A program made the translations under genes and the position numbers. A stretch of DNA of 62,750 bases, filler included, from Reclinomonas americana ATCC 50394 (Eukaryota), in NCBI GenBank assembly GCA_048213135.1. It is 4 parts of 2 records of this genome, joined end to end, with 100 filler letters (N's around TTAATTAATTAA, not from the genome) between each part and the next. Parts side by side here need not be neighbours in the genome. Positions count along the whole stretch, not along the records: positions 10,728 to 25,979 come from PS015387.1; positions 26,080 to 56,405 come from PS015387.1; 2 more parts are not named here. One strand, 5' to 3'. The notes below the pieces were generated by a model that worked only from the letters and a program-made list of their open reading frames with translations, was not told the DNA's origin and ran no database searches. Below, in pieces: positions 22,876 to 36,313 of the stretch; within the stretch, counting starts at the first letter, position 1, and every line of letters begins with the position of its first letter.

Positions 22876-25800
22876 CTACTGCGGGGGAGCGGCGGCAGTC
22901 AGCTGCGCCTCCAACTCCCGCACTCTGGCATTCAGCCGCTCGTTCTGCGCCGTCAACGCATCCACTCTGCTGTTCAGCTGTGAAATCGTCTCCTGCTGGT
23001 GCTGCAGCAGCTCGTCCTTGTGATCGCGCTGTCGCTCCTCCGCCTGCCGAGCCGCGGCATTCATGTCGCGCACACGCTGGTTCTGCGCGGCGACACTCTT
23101 GAGGAAACCCAGCAAGTCGTCGCGGTCAATCACGCTCGTCGGACTCGGTTCGAGATCCAACATGAAGCACATGCGCTTGCGACCACGTGAGGTGTCGTCG
23201 TCGGGTGGTGGCGCAGCACCGCCCTGGCGCGTGAGAATCGACATGAGCTTACGCTCCACCGACTCGTCCATGCCCAGCATGGTGTGGCGGGCCTGCTTGC
23301 CACGCGACGCAGGTGCGTTGACCAGCTCGAAACCCTCCAGTCGATCCAGTACGAACGAACCAAACGGTGCATCTCGCGCCTGCACACAATCACCATGCCC
23401 GTCAGGTTCTTTTTTTGTTGACAACCAGTACGTGCTCCCTTTCCATCTCCACACCTGCGCAAGCACATTGCAGAGACCACCAAACACATGGACGCCCCAG
23501 TTGCACGTGATGGTGTGGAAACACTTGAGCCAGGCGGGTGAGCCGAGGATGCTCTTGGTGTTGACCTGCAGATTCAGCGAGCCGGCCTCCATGGCGTTGC
23601 GTCCAAACACTTTGTTGATGGCGGTCTTGTAACTGCGGCGGCAATGGTGATGACACAATGTGAGCAAGGAGGCGCGAGAAGACATATGCCATGGCAGTCG
23701 TTCACCGAGGAATAATCACTTGCTCGAGCGCGTAGACGTACTTGGCGCGCAGGACCTCCGACGTGGCGAGGATCGTGTTCGCCAACTCCTCGCGTGTGGG
23801 ATACACAATCTGCGCGCAACAGATGAACACCCATACGGCACGCATGTTGTTGTTGACGACTGTAATACCTCGCCAGCAGAACGCGTGACAATAAACGCCA
23901 ACGACTTGATTTCGTCGTCCCACACCAGCAGGTCGGGTCGCTCAAAGAACTCTGTCACCACGTCCGGTCCGAATCTGCAACGACGCTCGCATGAGAAACG
24001 ATTGTGTGCATGCTGGTCGTGGAGGAGGGTGTGCGAGTTCGCACCGAATAACAACATCACGGATCGCCTCGTGGAGGAATTCCTGCGCGTGATCGCAGAC
24101 CTGACGCCAGTCAGCCGCCTGCTCGTCCGCCGTGGTCGGCGCAAACAGGCGCAGGTTCGACGGTGCGGCAACCTGACAGACGCAATGTCAGCGTCACTTA
24201 CTATCATCTCAACAGAAGAGTGCAGTGCGAAGAGAGACCCCACCGTCGAGTCAGAGATGGGCCTGAGCACGGCATCCAGCACGCTCTCCACACCACCCGT
24301 GATGGTGGCAATCACGTCGCCCGTCAGTGCCGCGTGCGTCAACATCTCAGCGCCGACCGGGTGCTCGAGGAAGCTGTCGCGGTCAAACTGCATCATAAGA
24401 ATTCCACACGTTTGAGTCACGACATTTCTTCTCTTTTTTCGCAAAACAGAGACGAACCGCGAGACGAATCGACGAGCCCTTGCGCTGACGAATATCGGTC
24501 ATGGCCTGCTCAATCAACAGCATGATCTCCGACACTCGCTTGTCGTAGTGCAGGGCGTCCAGTGAGAGCCAGCGCCGGAGCACAGCGGTAAGGTTGTCGC
24601 GCTGGTGGCGGTAACAGTCAGCCAACAGCCATCGATGGAAGGAGAGGTAAGAGTAGGAAGGCACACGCACATTCATGAATTCAATGGTATCGGCCTTCAC
24701 AGAGATGCAGTCGACCAGGTAGCCACTGGCGGTCACGGCAGACTCCTGGACATTCAAGTTCGGCTCGTTCCTGCAAAGGAGGGGGGGGGGGGGGGGGGAA
24801 TGGTGAGATTCAGAGAGAAAGAATATTAATGAAAGAAATCGACGCACTGGAACACCACTCGCTTAAGGCGAGTAGACAGCGCCTCCTGCGCCACTGGCTC
24901 CACACACATTTCACGAATGACCTACACAGGTTTCGGGGTCAGATGCACGGCGAAACACTCGGGCGGGAGAAACGCATACCTCGAATACACGCTCGAGACC
25001 GTCGGGACCCTGCAGGAACTCAAAGGCCTCCTTCGGTCGCGACGTGGCCATAATGCTGTTGTTGTCGACCTCAATGTCGATCTCGTTCTTCAGCAGCTCA
25101 CGCAGCTGACGCCGCAGCTTCGGAATCGCCGTGTTCTGCGTGTGCTCCCTCGCGAATGTTTGCAGGCACCACTGTGATGAGCGCGTCAGCTACTCGTATC
25201 ATTCGCCTCGCTCGTCTCTTGCGGAGGAGACGCACCGAAGCCATCAAGTCGGCCACCGCCTCGGCGGTTGGGAGGAATCCCGCTTCGCCAATGGCTGACG
25301 AAAAGTCGATGCGAATAATGTTCTCGTGCGACACGTCCATCTTGCACTCCTCACCGGTTTCGCGGTGTGTGATTCTGCACGAGGTGAGCGTGAGCACCAG
25401 CAACCGCACTTTCTGCAGACGCCGCGACCACGAAACTGAATGCCCTTCAGCCGATTCCTGGTGAGCGCCATCGCACCCGGCGGCACGGCTTGCCCTGCAC
25501 CACCCTCCACAAAGAGCTCAAATCCGGTGCACAGAATCGGCACCAGGGTGTGTGAGAGGACGGCAGCAGCACGCGTCGGCACCGCCGATTGCACAATCGA
25601 CGGCTGGTCGACAGTCACAGTGCGCTTGGGGCCTGCGAGGAACCAGCACGATGAGTACACACGAACGTGCACGTACACACACAAACGGAGAACTCACCCG
25701 ACAGGTCAGCATCGTTGCCGAGCAGCAGACGAGCCGCAGCGGCACCGGCCGACCGCGCACCGGCAACAGCTGCGAGGGAGTGAGAGAGACCAGTAAGTGA

Positions 25801-25910
25801 CTGTAATGCCTTCAAGAGAGAGTGTGAATGGGCGACGCAACATCCACAGGCTTGCGCCATCGAGTCGAGGGCTTCCGTCAGCACCTTGACCGCGTCGGAC
25901 GACACTCGCT
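22876..25910 (-). CDS. Hypothetical multi-exon protein with C-terminal coiled coil, probably 5'-truncated
   Basis: Series of open exons bounded by GT/AG; last exon ends QQETISQLNSRVDALTAQNERLNARVRELEAQLTAAAPPQ*. No family recognised. Confidence 0.6.
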
Positions 25911-25979
25911 GCAAGCGGAGAAGAAGGGTGAATCATCAAGTAGCCGCCTTCCGAAAACCTAGGCGACGCAACGTCAAGG

Positions 25980-26079
25980 NNNNNNNNNNNNNNNNNNNNN
26001 NNNNNNNNNNNNNNNNNNNNNNNTTAATTAATTAANNNNNNNNNNNNNNNNNNNNNNNNNNNNNNNNNNNNNNNNNNNN
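25980..26079. other. Artificial scaffold linker
   Basis: N44-TTAATTAATTAA-N44. Confidence 0.97.
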
Positions 26080-26840
26080 TGTCCTCGTCCTCTCACTCGC
26101 CTTTCGCCTCTCAAATGAGACGACCTCTGCTTGCGGCTCCTGTGCACCGCAAGTACTCTGACCGCCACGCCACTGCGCATTCGCTTGCGCGCAGGTCACA
26201 CTGTGCAAGTCGCTCCGGAGTGACTGCGGTGCTCGGAGTGCCTTGTGCACAGCCGCCGATGGGCAGAGCCCGCGGCCGGCGCCTCTTCAGTCGCTCACGT
26301 TACACATGCACGCGTGTGCACTGCCTGCAAGTTTGTTGCTGTCTCTCTCACTCTGCATTTGTGCCAGTGGCGACGAGGAGGTCGTGTTGAGTGGCGATGC
26401 CTTTGCTCCTGCTTGCACGCAGTGGGGCGATAACATGGACACTGGTGGTGGAGGGCGGTCGGTGCTGCGCGGTGGCGAGGACTGTTTGTACTTGAATGTG
26501 TGGATGCCTTCGTGGGTGGCGCAAAAGATTGCCTCGTCGTCGTCTGCCGAGGCGGTCGATGTGCAGTTGCCGGTGCCGGTGTGGATCTACGGCGGCGGTT
26601 TCACCAACGGCTATACCTTCAATCCGTACTACAGTTGAGGGAGGCAGCATGCAGCTGCTGCCTGGGGAAGACTGCCTTGCTGACATCTTTGCAGACGGAA
26701 CTAATTTCGTGGCCGAGCAGCAGGAGATCATCTTTGTCAGCGTGGCGTACTGGTATCTTTGGTCTCCTGGTGTGGCATTCATCTGGGGGGGAATGGTGTT
26801 GGGGTGTGACTGTCAATACAGTCATTCTCGGGTTTGCCGG
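26080..26840 (+). pseudogene. Decayed partial duplicate of the carboxylesterase gene at 39047
   Basis: Colinear with ~38998-39819. Exon 1 carries several small deletions (signal peptide eroded, frameshifts); exon 2 is near-identical; homology stops after CATTCTCGGGTTTGCC, before the catalytic GESAG. Confidence 0.88.
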
Positions 26841-27406
26841 GATTACATATACCGGTACGTCAATTCGTCGTCCGCTTTCTGTTTTTGTGTGTGTTTCCGT
26901 CCCCTCGTTCTTGAGATCGGGGAGTGTGTGTATGCAGTGAAGCTGTGCATGGATGCCGAAAGAGAAAGAGAACACTTCACTCAGCGTATTCAGAAGTAGA
27001 GTGTGCTGGCTGCCAGAAAATCGGACAAAGCGAGTATGACACAAACGTGCCGCGAAGTCAGAAGCCTGCAGGAACGGGAACTGTTCTCCAGCGTCGGTGA
27101 GTATGTAGCCGAGCGGCAACCTGGAAGAAAAGCTGTATTGGACGCATGGAGTGTCGACATGTCCAGATTCGCTTCTCATTTTTGGTAAGCTCCGTTTGTC
27201 ACTTTTGCTGTTTTCTTTGTTTCTCTTTTGTTGTGCGAGAGGAGAAGACTCACATCAAAACAGCAAAAAAAGCGAGAACAGAGTAGCACAGCGTGTTGTG
27301 TGTTTGCAAGTCTTCCAGACACGTCACAGTGAGTGCGAGTGTGTGTGCGAACGAGCTCGAGCTGAAAAACCTTTGATTACGAATACAACTGGTTCGCAGC
27401 GAGGCA

Positions 27407-30400
27407 ATGCTGGTGAAAGGCGGCGCCTCTGTTACGACAGGAGGGCCTGTGGACAGCAGACGCGCAGTGGACTTGTCTGACTTTGCGATTCTGTGGCGCT
27501 CCACCAGCGGTTGCGTTCCAAATTCACTACTTGCCCGTTTCACGCACTCACTGGTTTCTCTCTCTCCCTCCCTCTCTCTCTGTCTCCCTCTCTGTGTACG
27601 TGCTTGTTTTTCTTGCGCGCGCACACACACACGCGCAGAGGCCACGGAACGTGCGCCGTTGTTCTCTCATGTTGCGTCACCCCACACACCCTTTCATGAC
27701 GTTGACCATTGTTAGCTAACCCCGGTTTTTGCCGCCAACAGTCGCGTGTCATTGAGGCGCTGTGTCTGCTGGCCGCACACCTCTCACTGCTGTTGACGGT
27801 GGTCGATCCAAGTATATTCGACCGCGGTGCCACTGCAGAGGAAGTGGCACAATCGTTCGCGGCCACTCTCGCCCGCGATGTTGTTCGCTACGCGTTCAAC
27901 ATTACTGTGCAATTCAGTGCGTCGGTGCGTGTGCAGTGAGACCGCCCCCTCCCCACTCCCCCTTGCCACACACACGCGTGCGTGTACGCGGCCAGACAAC
28001 TGATGTACATATTTGGTGTTCTGTATCTGTTAGGATATTCTCTACGCTCGCATGATTACCATGTGGTTCTACGTCATGTGTGCGGCGGTTCTGGTGCTGC
28101 TGCAAGTGGCCTACGTGTGGTATCGATTGCGAGCGGACTCGATTGCCTCCAAGACTACGAGTACGGACTCATGTGCCAACTCGGGGCTGGCGCTCCTGCT
28201 GCGCGTGCAGGTGTTGCCGTCTGCTCTCTCTATCTCTCTGTTTCTCTCGCTCTCTCCTTATCATCGTGTGCACAGTTGGCGTTGCTGTGCGGACCTGCAT
28301 TGACGTTTTTGGCCGTTACGCTCTTGCGACCGTTGCACTGTGACTTTGCGACTCTCCAGCATCTGAGCTCGGTTTCGCAGCCAGAAGAATGGAGTTGCGT
28401 CAATGAGGCAGTAAGGAAAAGAGAGAGAGAGACAGAGGGAGAAAGAGAGAGAGAGAGAGAGTGAGGAATGGAAGAGGCATCGCCCGCGGCCGTGTACAAC
28501 AAAGTTCGAACTCAAACAGTAATTTCTGAGTGGCGCGCAGATGTCGTCACAGCGCAGCATTGTTGACTTTTGCCTGTTGTATGTTTCTTTCGCATTCATG
28601 GGTGTCTGCATGCTGGGCGTGGTGCTTTGTCGCGTGTAACGGTTGTCGACTCTCTTTTCTGTTTTTTCTGGTTACTCCTTGCGGGTTTACCTTTTTGGTC
28701 TCAATCGCATACTCCTCGACACAGCGTGCCGTGATGTTCCCAATGCCGCCATGGGTGCCGTTGGAGCCCTTCTGCTGGTGCCCGTGACTGCGCTAGCTGT
28801 CGTTGTGCCGATGCTGTTGCGTTTCCTGCTTGAGAAGCGAAAAAACTCGTTTTCAAGTGCACGACTCTCACCGTAACTGCTCGCAGTTCCTTGCCGTTCC
28901 AGCCCACCTCGCCAATGCTGAGTACCGGCTTTCTGTCGGGCCGCTATCTGGCCGCGATTAATGTGCTTCGGGTAGTACTGTGCTTCACCCACGTATTCGC
29001 CGCGCATGTTCAGCCACTGGTGCACGTCGGCGTGGCAGTTGTGGCAGGCGTGGCCATTTTCGCTTGGTGTATCTATTACGTGCCGTTTTTGCGCGGATGG
29101 GTTTCGTACGTCGCCAGTACGTGGATACTAGGTGTGGCGCTGGCTGGCGTCGCAGGCGCTGTGGCCGTGTACCTGCCGAACAGTCCCGTCGTCATCATGG
29201 CCACGGCAGGCAGTGCGTTGCTCGGCGGATTCGCAGTGTCGTCTCTCGTTGCTTGGCTCGCTGGACGACTGCGCATGCTGGTCATGCACCGAGTCATCAA
29301 CCGCTTCATCAACCAGGCGGACGACGTCGACTTCCCGGACACCACGAGGCGCAAGAGTTTGCAGTTCGGCGGATCCATGTCGAGTTTCGGTGACAAGGAG
29401 CCTGCCGCTGCCGTGGAAACACTGTTCCAGTCACCGTGGATGTACGAGCTAGCAGCACGACTCCCCACTGCAAACGTGGTGGAGCCGTGGGAACGCGCCA
29501 AGGATCTCTTCGAACTAGGTGCTGTCTCCCTGGTCGTGCTCTGTGCTCGTGCGTGCTCCAGCGTGCTAACTTGCTTGCACAGGCATGACCATGTTGCCGG
29601 ATCCGGCGGTGCTGTCGGCACTCTACGCAATCTACAACTGGTACTGCGGTATTGAGTTGAAGCAGGCCCAGGCTCAACTGGCAGCCGTGAGTGCAGCACA
29701 GGACCAGCTACCCATCGATGTGCGACGCATGGTGCAGTTTGCCACCGCATCGGCCACATTTTCCGACGATGGTACTTTCAAGAAGCAACTGTTCACTCGC
29801 CGCATGGCGCGCCTGCACGAGGTGATCGCTCACGATTTCGAAAGCCGAGCCTCGAGGCGAGAAACTCACCGCGTTTCGTCGTACATACAGGTCTGGTGTC
29901 AGTGCTACGTTCTGCTCCTGGCTGTGTGGCGCAACCTTGGCTCAGAGCGCTCTGATCGTTACATCTCATCTGTCATGATCGTGTGCAAGCGTGCTCCACT
30001 CTCTCTGCTTACCATTCCGATGAACACAGACGAAAAGGTGGTCTTCCTGATCCTCAACTTGCGCGAGTACGAAGAAAAATGCGACAAACTGTTCAATGAG
30101 ATGCTGCATGACTACCCGGAGAATGCCGAGTTGGCTGCTCTGTACTCTCAGGTGAGCAGCTGAGGCCCTAGAGAAGTTCCATCATCGGCTGTTGACCTGT
30201 CGGCGTGCAGTTTCTCCTCGAAGTCAAACAGGATACACTCGGAAGCCGCCGATATGACGAAGCAGCCGACCGATTGCTTGCCATGTCAGACTTTGGCGTG
30301 CATAAGGAGAAGGAGTTCACGCTCAACGAGATCTCCGCGGTAGGGTCTCGCTCTGCAGAGATGATTCTGTGTGCGTTGTTGCTCATTATAGTCATTACAC

Positions 30401-33400
30401 ACAGGCTCTCTACAGGCAGATGATGGGCTTGGGACCTGGGGATGCTCATGAACCTTCTCTGGCCTCACTTGGCGATGGTCAGTTGTTTACAGACTTTGGT
30501 GTTGAAGTTCCTCTCTCATGAGTTGTTGTTCTTGCTGTTGTATTTGCAGACGAAGTGCTGTCGAGCGAAGACAGGAGCAGTGTGAGCTCTGAGTCGGATT
30601 TCGAAGATAATCAGCCGTTGCCTGCTGCACCACATGAACAAGAGCAGCGTATCGGTTCTTCAAAACAAAAGGTCCATATGGCTTTAACTGTCGAAGGTAA
30701 GCGACTTGCAGCAGCCTTCTTCCGTCAACGCACACTCACATTATTATCTTGCGACAGAGACTACGGGCGCCGATTATATCCATCAGGCGGGCTCCAAGCG
30801 CACCGCAGCATCGGGAACGAACGCCAAACGCCACCAGCGCCGGGAATCTGAGTCAAGCAGCGCAGGTCATAAATCGCGGAGGAATTCAGGCGCTGTTTCG
30901 TACCTTGACATGATGACGAACGCTTCGAGAAACTCACTATATCGCGACTTCATATTTGCAGAGTATAGCATTGTCACGAAAGTCCACACGCAGACGAGGT
31001 CTGGTTGCGACACGACTACGCTGTCCACGTCACACACACACAAACACTCATTCCATAATTTTCTTGCGCAGTGGGTGCACACATCGCGGAAGACGGGTAC
31101 GTATACTGGTCACTGTGTCGACCGCCGGCCTGTTGCTCTGGGTCTCACCCTATTTCCCCCTCTGTTTGTGCAGAATGTCTTCGAACAGCTCTGATACACA
31201 GCAGTCCTCCAACGGGTCGTCACGCAATAGCCGCGATTCGCTTCGATCTGGAATGCTCCGCTCGTCCATTGTCCGCGACAGAGTTGCGTGGCTCATGTTG
31301 GCTCACCTCGTTCCGTGGGTTGTCGGCATACCCATAATGACCCTGTGCAGAATTCGACTGTGACGCAAGCTCATGTTGCTGTTATGATGTTGGCCGTCGG
31401 AAGCGTTGCCAGTCTCCTTTTCCTGGTAGTCCTGACTCGCGGCGAGGCGCGAGAGCTGAAGAGACTTCACGAAGAAGTCTTTGATTCCATTCAACGCGCT
31501 CGGTATGCTGTAATATGCCCTATTTGCACCCGATTCTGTCGATTGTTGACGTGCAATGTGTCCCAGCAATGCACGCTACCACATGGCCACTGATCTTGTT
31601 GAGTTGCTACTTGTACTGGAGTAGCGCGCGTGTTTCCGTTTTCCGTACTCATCAACTGTTGTCTTGAAGGTTGGAGTGTGGTCGGATCTCCGAATCAACA
31701 AAGGCGTTGACAATGAGAGCACCCTCGAACGGCGAATTGGTTTGCGAGAACACGTCAATCAACTACGCGTCATCCTCACTGCAGCCGGAATCCAAACGTT
31801 CGTGAAAGAAGCCGGTGACAAGATGAACGCTCAGTACGCGGTGTGGACTCCATTTGGACTCGCGCGCAAACTCGACGCGCCAATAGCCGGCTTGGACTAC
31901 GCCAGTTTATTGACGGACTGGGCAAACGTTTGTCGCCCCCCATTAGTTTTCTGTTCCTCAGGCACAAAAATTAACGTGCGCACGTGTTTTTGTCTCGTCA
32001 CAGGAAATATCCGCACTTACGGGCCCTGTTTACATGACTGCTGAGATGTGGGATACCAGATTTTACGCTATCGTGCGGAACTCTCTATTCGGTACCGCCA
32101 ACTCAATCGACAATATCGGAAAAGCGGCAGCGCTGTTGGCACGACAGCCTGGTGTCAACTACGATGTCTTCGCATGGATTCTTGCGGCAGCGTTTAGCGG
32201 GTGAGCTGCTTGCTTGTTGGCTGCGTGCGAGTGCTGATGATGACTTTACTTATACTCCTCGAAACAGCGGTGCCGTGGTCCTTGTCCTACTCTTCATGCC
32301 ACTGACACTGCATCTGCGCTACATGGCCACCAGAGCCGTCGACGCTTTCTTTGTGCTGCCGCGCTCTGTCACCGCTGGTGTTGCCTCGAATATCTCCGAT
32401 TTCTATCTGTCATTCATTGAGCAGTCGGAGACGCACCGGCAGGTTTGTCGAGGTGTGTACGTCTGTGGTTCTGAGAGGATCTGAAGAGTGTTGTGCCACT
32501 GTGTAGGGTGTCCATCCGTCGACTGTCACGCAGCCACGCTACTTGCCGACGCAGTGCACGCGAGCTGACTGGCAGTTCCTGCAGAACCTGATGCTGCGCG
32601 CCACTGCTCTTGGTCTCGTCATGCTTATTGCCATCGTGATGTGTGGGTGCGTATTACATGCATGCTTCCCGAGTCATGCTCCGAGGAGTATTGTTCGCTC
32701 ACTTCCATCTCCACGGAACAGTTACTCTGGTTCAGTTGCTGGTCGAGAGGCCGCTCGTGTAGTCGACGGCAACTGGCTGAATAAGGAACGCACGACGACT
32801 CTCAGCCGTCTCACGCACATTATCCGTGTGTTCTCGGTACCGGATCTGCTAATGTTTGGCGACGATGAGCTGATCGATGAATTCCGCACAACTTTGGCTG
32901 AGGTGAGAACACTGTCTGATGTGATACTACTGAGCCACACAACACACTAGTGCACTGACTCACACGGGCATTCTACACAGGCAAAGAGATTGCACATACA
33001 GGAGTTGGAGTATTTACCGACGATGCCGTGGGGTGAAGGTTTTGTGTCAGCGGCGTTGGTTGTCGTCGTCTGTAATCTAGTAGTACTCAAGCCGTGTCCA
33101 ACAGAAAACCGAGAGAAACTTTCACACGTGCACACGCGGATGCGCTGCTCGCCAGACCAGATCACTGACACCGTTAGTGACGAATATTTCCTCACGTGTT
33201 CTTCGTGGGGTGAAATGGTACGGCAAGCCACTGAGAGTCTAGCACACCGCAGAGCATGCTTCTCACGAGGGCGCAGATCTCGCGGATGTTTGCTCGTTAT
33301 GACGAATTTCTCGCGGTCATTGAAAGCGGCCACCGATGGACGCTGGATGAACTACACCCGATGCTTGAGTTCCTGATCGAGACCGGCGACTTGATTGACG

Positions 33401-36248
33401 AGGAACTGTCGGGCGAGATTGAAGAGGTTTGTTTCTCAAATGTGAACAAACCGCCTCTGCAAGTCCGTGTAACTAACCGTATGTTGCACGCTCTTTCAAG
33501 CTTCTGGACGGTGGTGTCAAAGACTTTACCGCACTCACCCTGGTGATTAGCGAGTCCATCAGCGGATGCGCGATCTGTTGCATCCTTTTCGGTGCCTACT
33601 GGTTTCTCACGCGACAAGTCAGGCTGATCGATCAGCAGATCAGTTGCGCACGCACATGGCGGTAAGTGTAATTCTCTGAAACTCACTCATGTGCCGCTTG
33701 GTGTTGCAGAGTTCTTCAAGCGACTTCTGCTGTTGGTGCCAATGGACACGGTACAGTCGACTGAAGAAGTCAAACTGCAACTGCTGCCCGGTTTGCTTTC
33801 GTGTCTCTGTTGCACCCGTTTTATATGTGTACCGTGTACGCTGACGTTGAGCATGATTGTAGAATCTGTGCTCAAGTCAATGGAGGTCTCGCAGCGGATG
33901 AACGAGAGTGAGCAAATGTTCAAGAAGCTCATCCAGCGTGCGTGTGATTCTCATTCGAGAAAGAGAGCAAGAGCAGCACTTTCGCTGACTTTACTTGTCG
34001 TGCACGACAATCACAGGCCATGCTGTAGTGCTCACGACTGATGCGGGCATCATTGAGTCCGTGAACCACACCTTCTGTCGCCTCCTTGGATACGCCAACG
34101 AAGATATCATTGGCTGGTTTGCTTGCAGCTTCATGTGAAAGCCTCTCCCCGTCGATGCTCTTACTGGTTTGTCTACATGTGTGTCTTCTCAGCAACATCA
34201 AGGTGAGCACCCTAACAATGTCGCTTGCAATAAACGGATTTCGAGATCTCATGCCCGTGTGCTCCATGCAGGTCGTCTGTTCGCCAAACGTGGCCGCTGT
34301 TCACGACAGCTACATTGCTCGTCTTCAGAGTGGTGCCGCTGTATCCACAAGCAAGCATTTTGGCCGCCACTTTATGACCACTGTTGCGTGACGCAGTATG
34401 TCGAATGAGAGCTTACCTGTGCTGAGATGTCGATTGCGCAGGCCTCACATCGCGATGGTCGACAAATTCCTGTCATGGTCACTGTGTCGGAGGGTGCAGT
34501 GGGCTCGAAAAAATTCTTCTCAGCCACACTTCTCGACATGAGCAAGAAGCTGCGCGACAAGGAGGTCCAACGGCTCAAATTAGAAAAGGTACCACCAGCG
34601 TGTGTGTTCGTGTACATTAGTCTCTAGTCATTGTTGGTGATTAATCATGGACAATGTGTCCTACGTGCAGTCAACGAGCCTGGCGCATACGTCGCCCGAC
34701 GCTATCGTTGTGTGCGACACCAAAGGAATCATTCTGGAGGCGAACGAAGCCATGCGTAGCCTGTTCGGCTACTCGTCGGCAACGGAGGTTGTGGGTAAGA
34801 ACTGTCGGATATTGATGGCTGCGTCATTTGGCGACCGCCACAATGAGTTTAGTGTTCTCCTGTTCCTTCACGCACTTGCTCGCCATACTCTCACACCGTC
34901 ATTGGCTCCAGGTACATCGCCAACTATGTCAACCGCAACCCCGGCTCGCATGATATCAGTCACGTTACTGGGATGGAGTTTCGTGCCCACGCAACGCACA
35001 TTCCATGGACTTCACCCACATCGTTTGACAAGAGTGGTTACTTGTGTCTGCACAGCGGTCGCGAAGCGCAGGCGCTGCACAAGAAGGGCACCATGTTCCC
35101 GGTCCGACTGCACCTAAGCGACGTGACGATTATGGGTCACCGATACTTGTGTATGCAGTTGCGGGAGATTGTTGACGAGGCCAAGCAGCGAGCGCGTGTA
35201 CAGGAGTCGATTGACCAAGTATCGAGCATTATGGGGACGTCTCCCGATGCAATCTTCTGGTGTGAGCCTGACGGCACCATTTGCGACTGCAACACCGCCG
35301 TCTCCGCAATGTTCGGCTACACGCTCGAGGAGTGCAAAGCACGCGACAGTTAAGTGGCAGAGAACGATTGGACCAACTACACTTCGTGGCTCTGACACAC
35401 GCTGCTCGTAGTGGTCAACATGGACACTGTGCTGCATCCGACCTCCTTCAGCAGTCTCTACGCGAGCCACCAAGATGACGAGAGCGGCGGCTCAGAAGTA
35501 ACTATAGCCCGCAAGGACGGTTCAACGTTGCGTCAGTCATTGCAGAAGAGTTGTACAGACTGAAGGTTGATGAGGATGAGCTGACGCGCGAGGTGCTGGT
35601 GCGGTTTGCAGTTTTGCGGCTTTTGTCACCTTCCGCACTTCCACCCTGTCGTATGAGTCGCGCGTGCTGTGTCGTGTGTCGGCCATCAACCAGCAACTAC
35701 AGCAAGCCCATAAACAGGAACAACGCAACGAGATCATCGTAAAGGTATGGGCCGTCATCATTTCCTCCACTGCAAGCGACTGTTGGTGATCATGTACAAC
35801 CTTCTTGTAGCTGCTTCGCGTCATGTTCCCAGACCCCGTGATGCAGCACCTGCTGCCGCGCAGTGCCAGCATTGCATATGCCGTGCTCAACCCAGTTGCG
35901 TGCGGCAAATTACATCGGTGGGGGGGAGTGCCACTGTCTGCTGATACGATACCTTGCGGCACAGGTGGTGGACCCAAGTGCCGGAGAGACGCTGGTCGAC
36001 TTCCACCCCTCAGTGACTGTCGTGTTTGTCAAATTCTACGGCTTCAAGCGGCCCAAGTCGGAGAGTGACCCGGAACTGGTCTCCGTGTCCCTGACAGAGA
36101 AGGTCATCAACTTGAGCACCATTTTCGGCATGCTTGATAGCCTCGTGCGCGGACATCGGATCGAGAGGGTCAAGACCATTGGTGTGTGAGGGAGGAGTGA
36201 GGAGAGGGAGCGGATGCACATATGGAAATGCCGACAGATAAACTGAGA

Positions 36249-36313
<65 letters not shown>

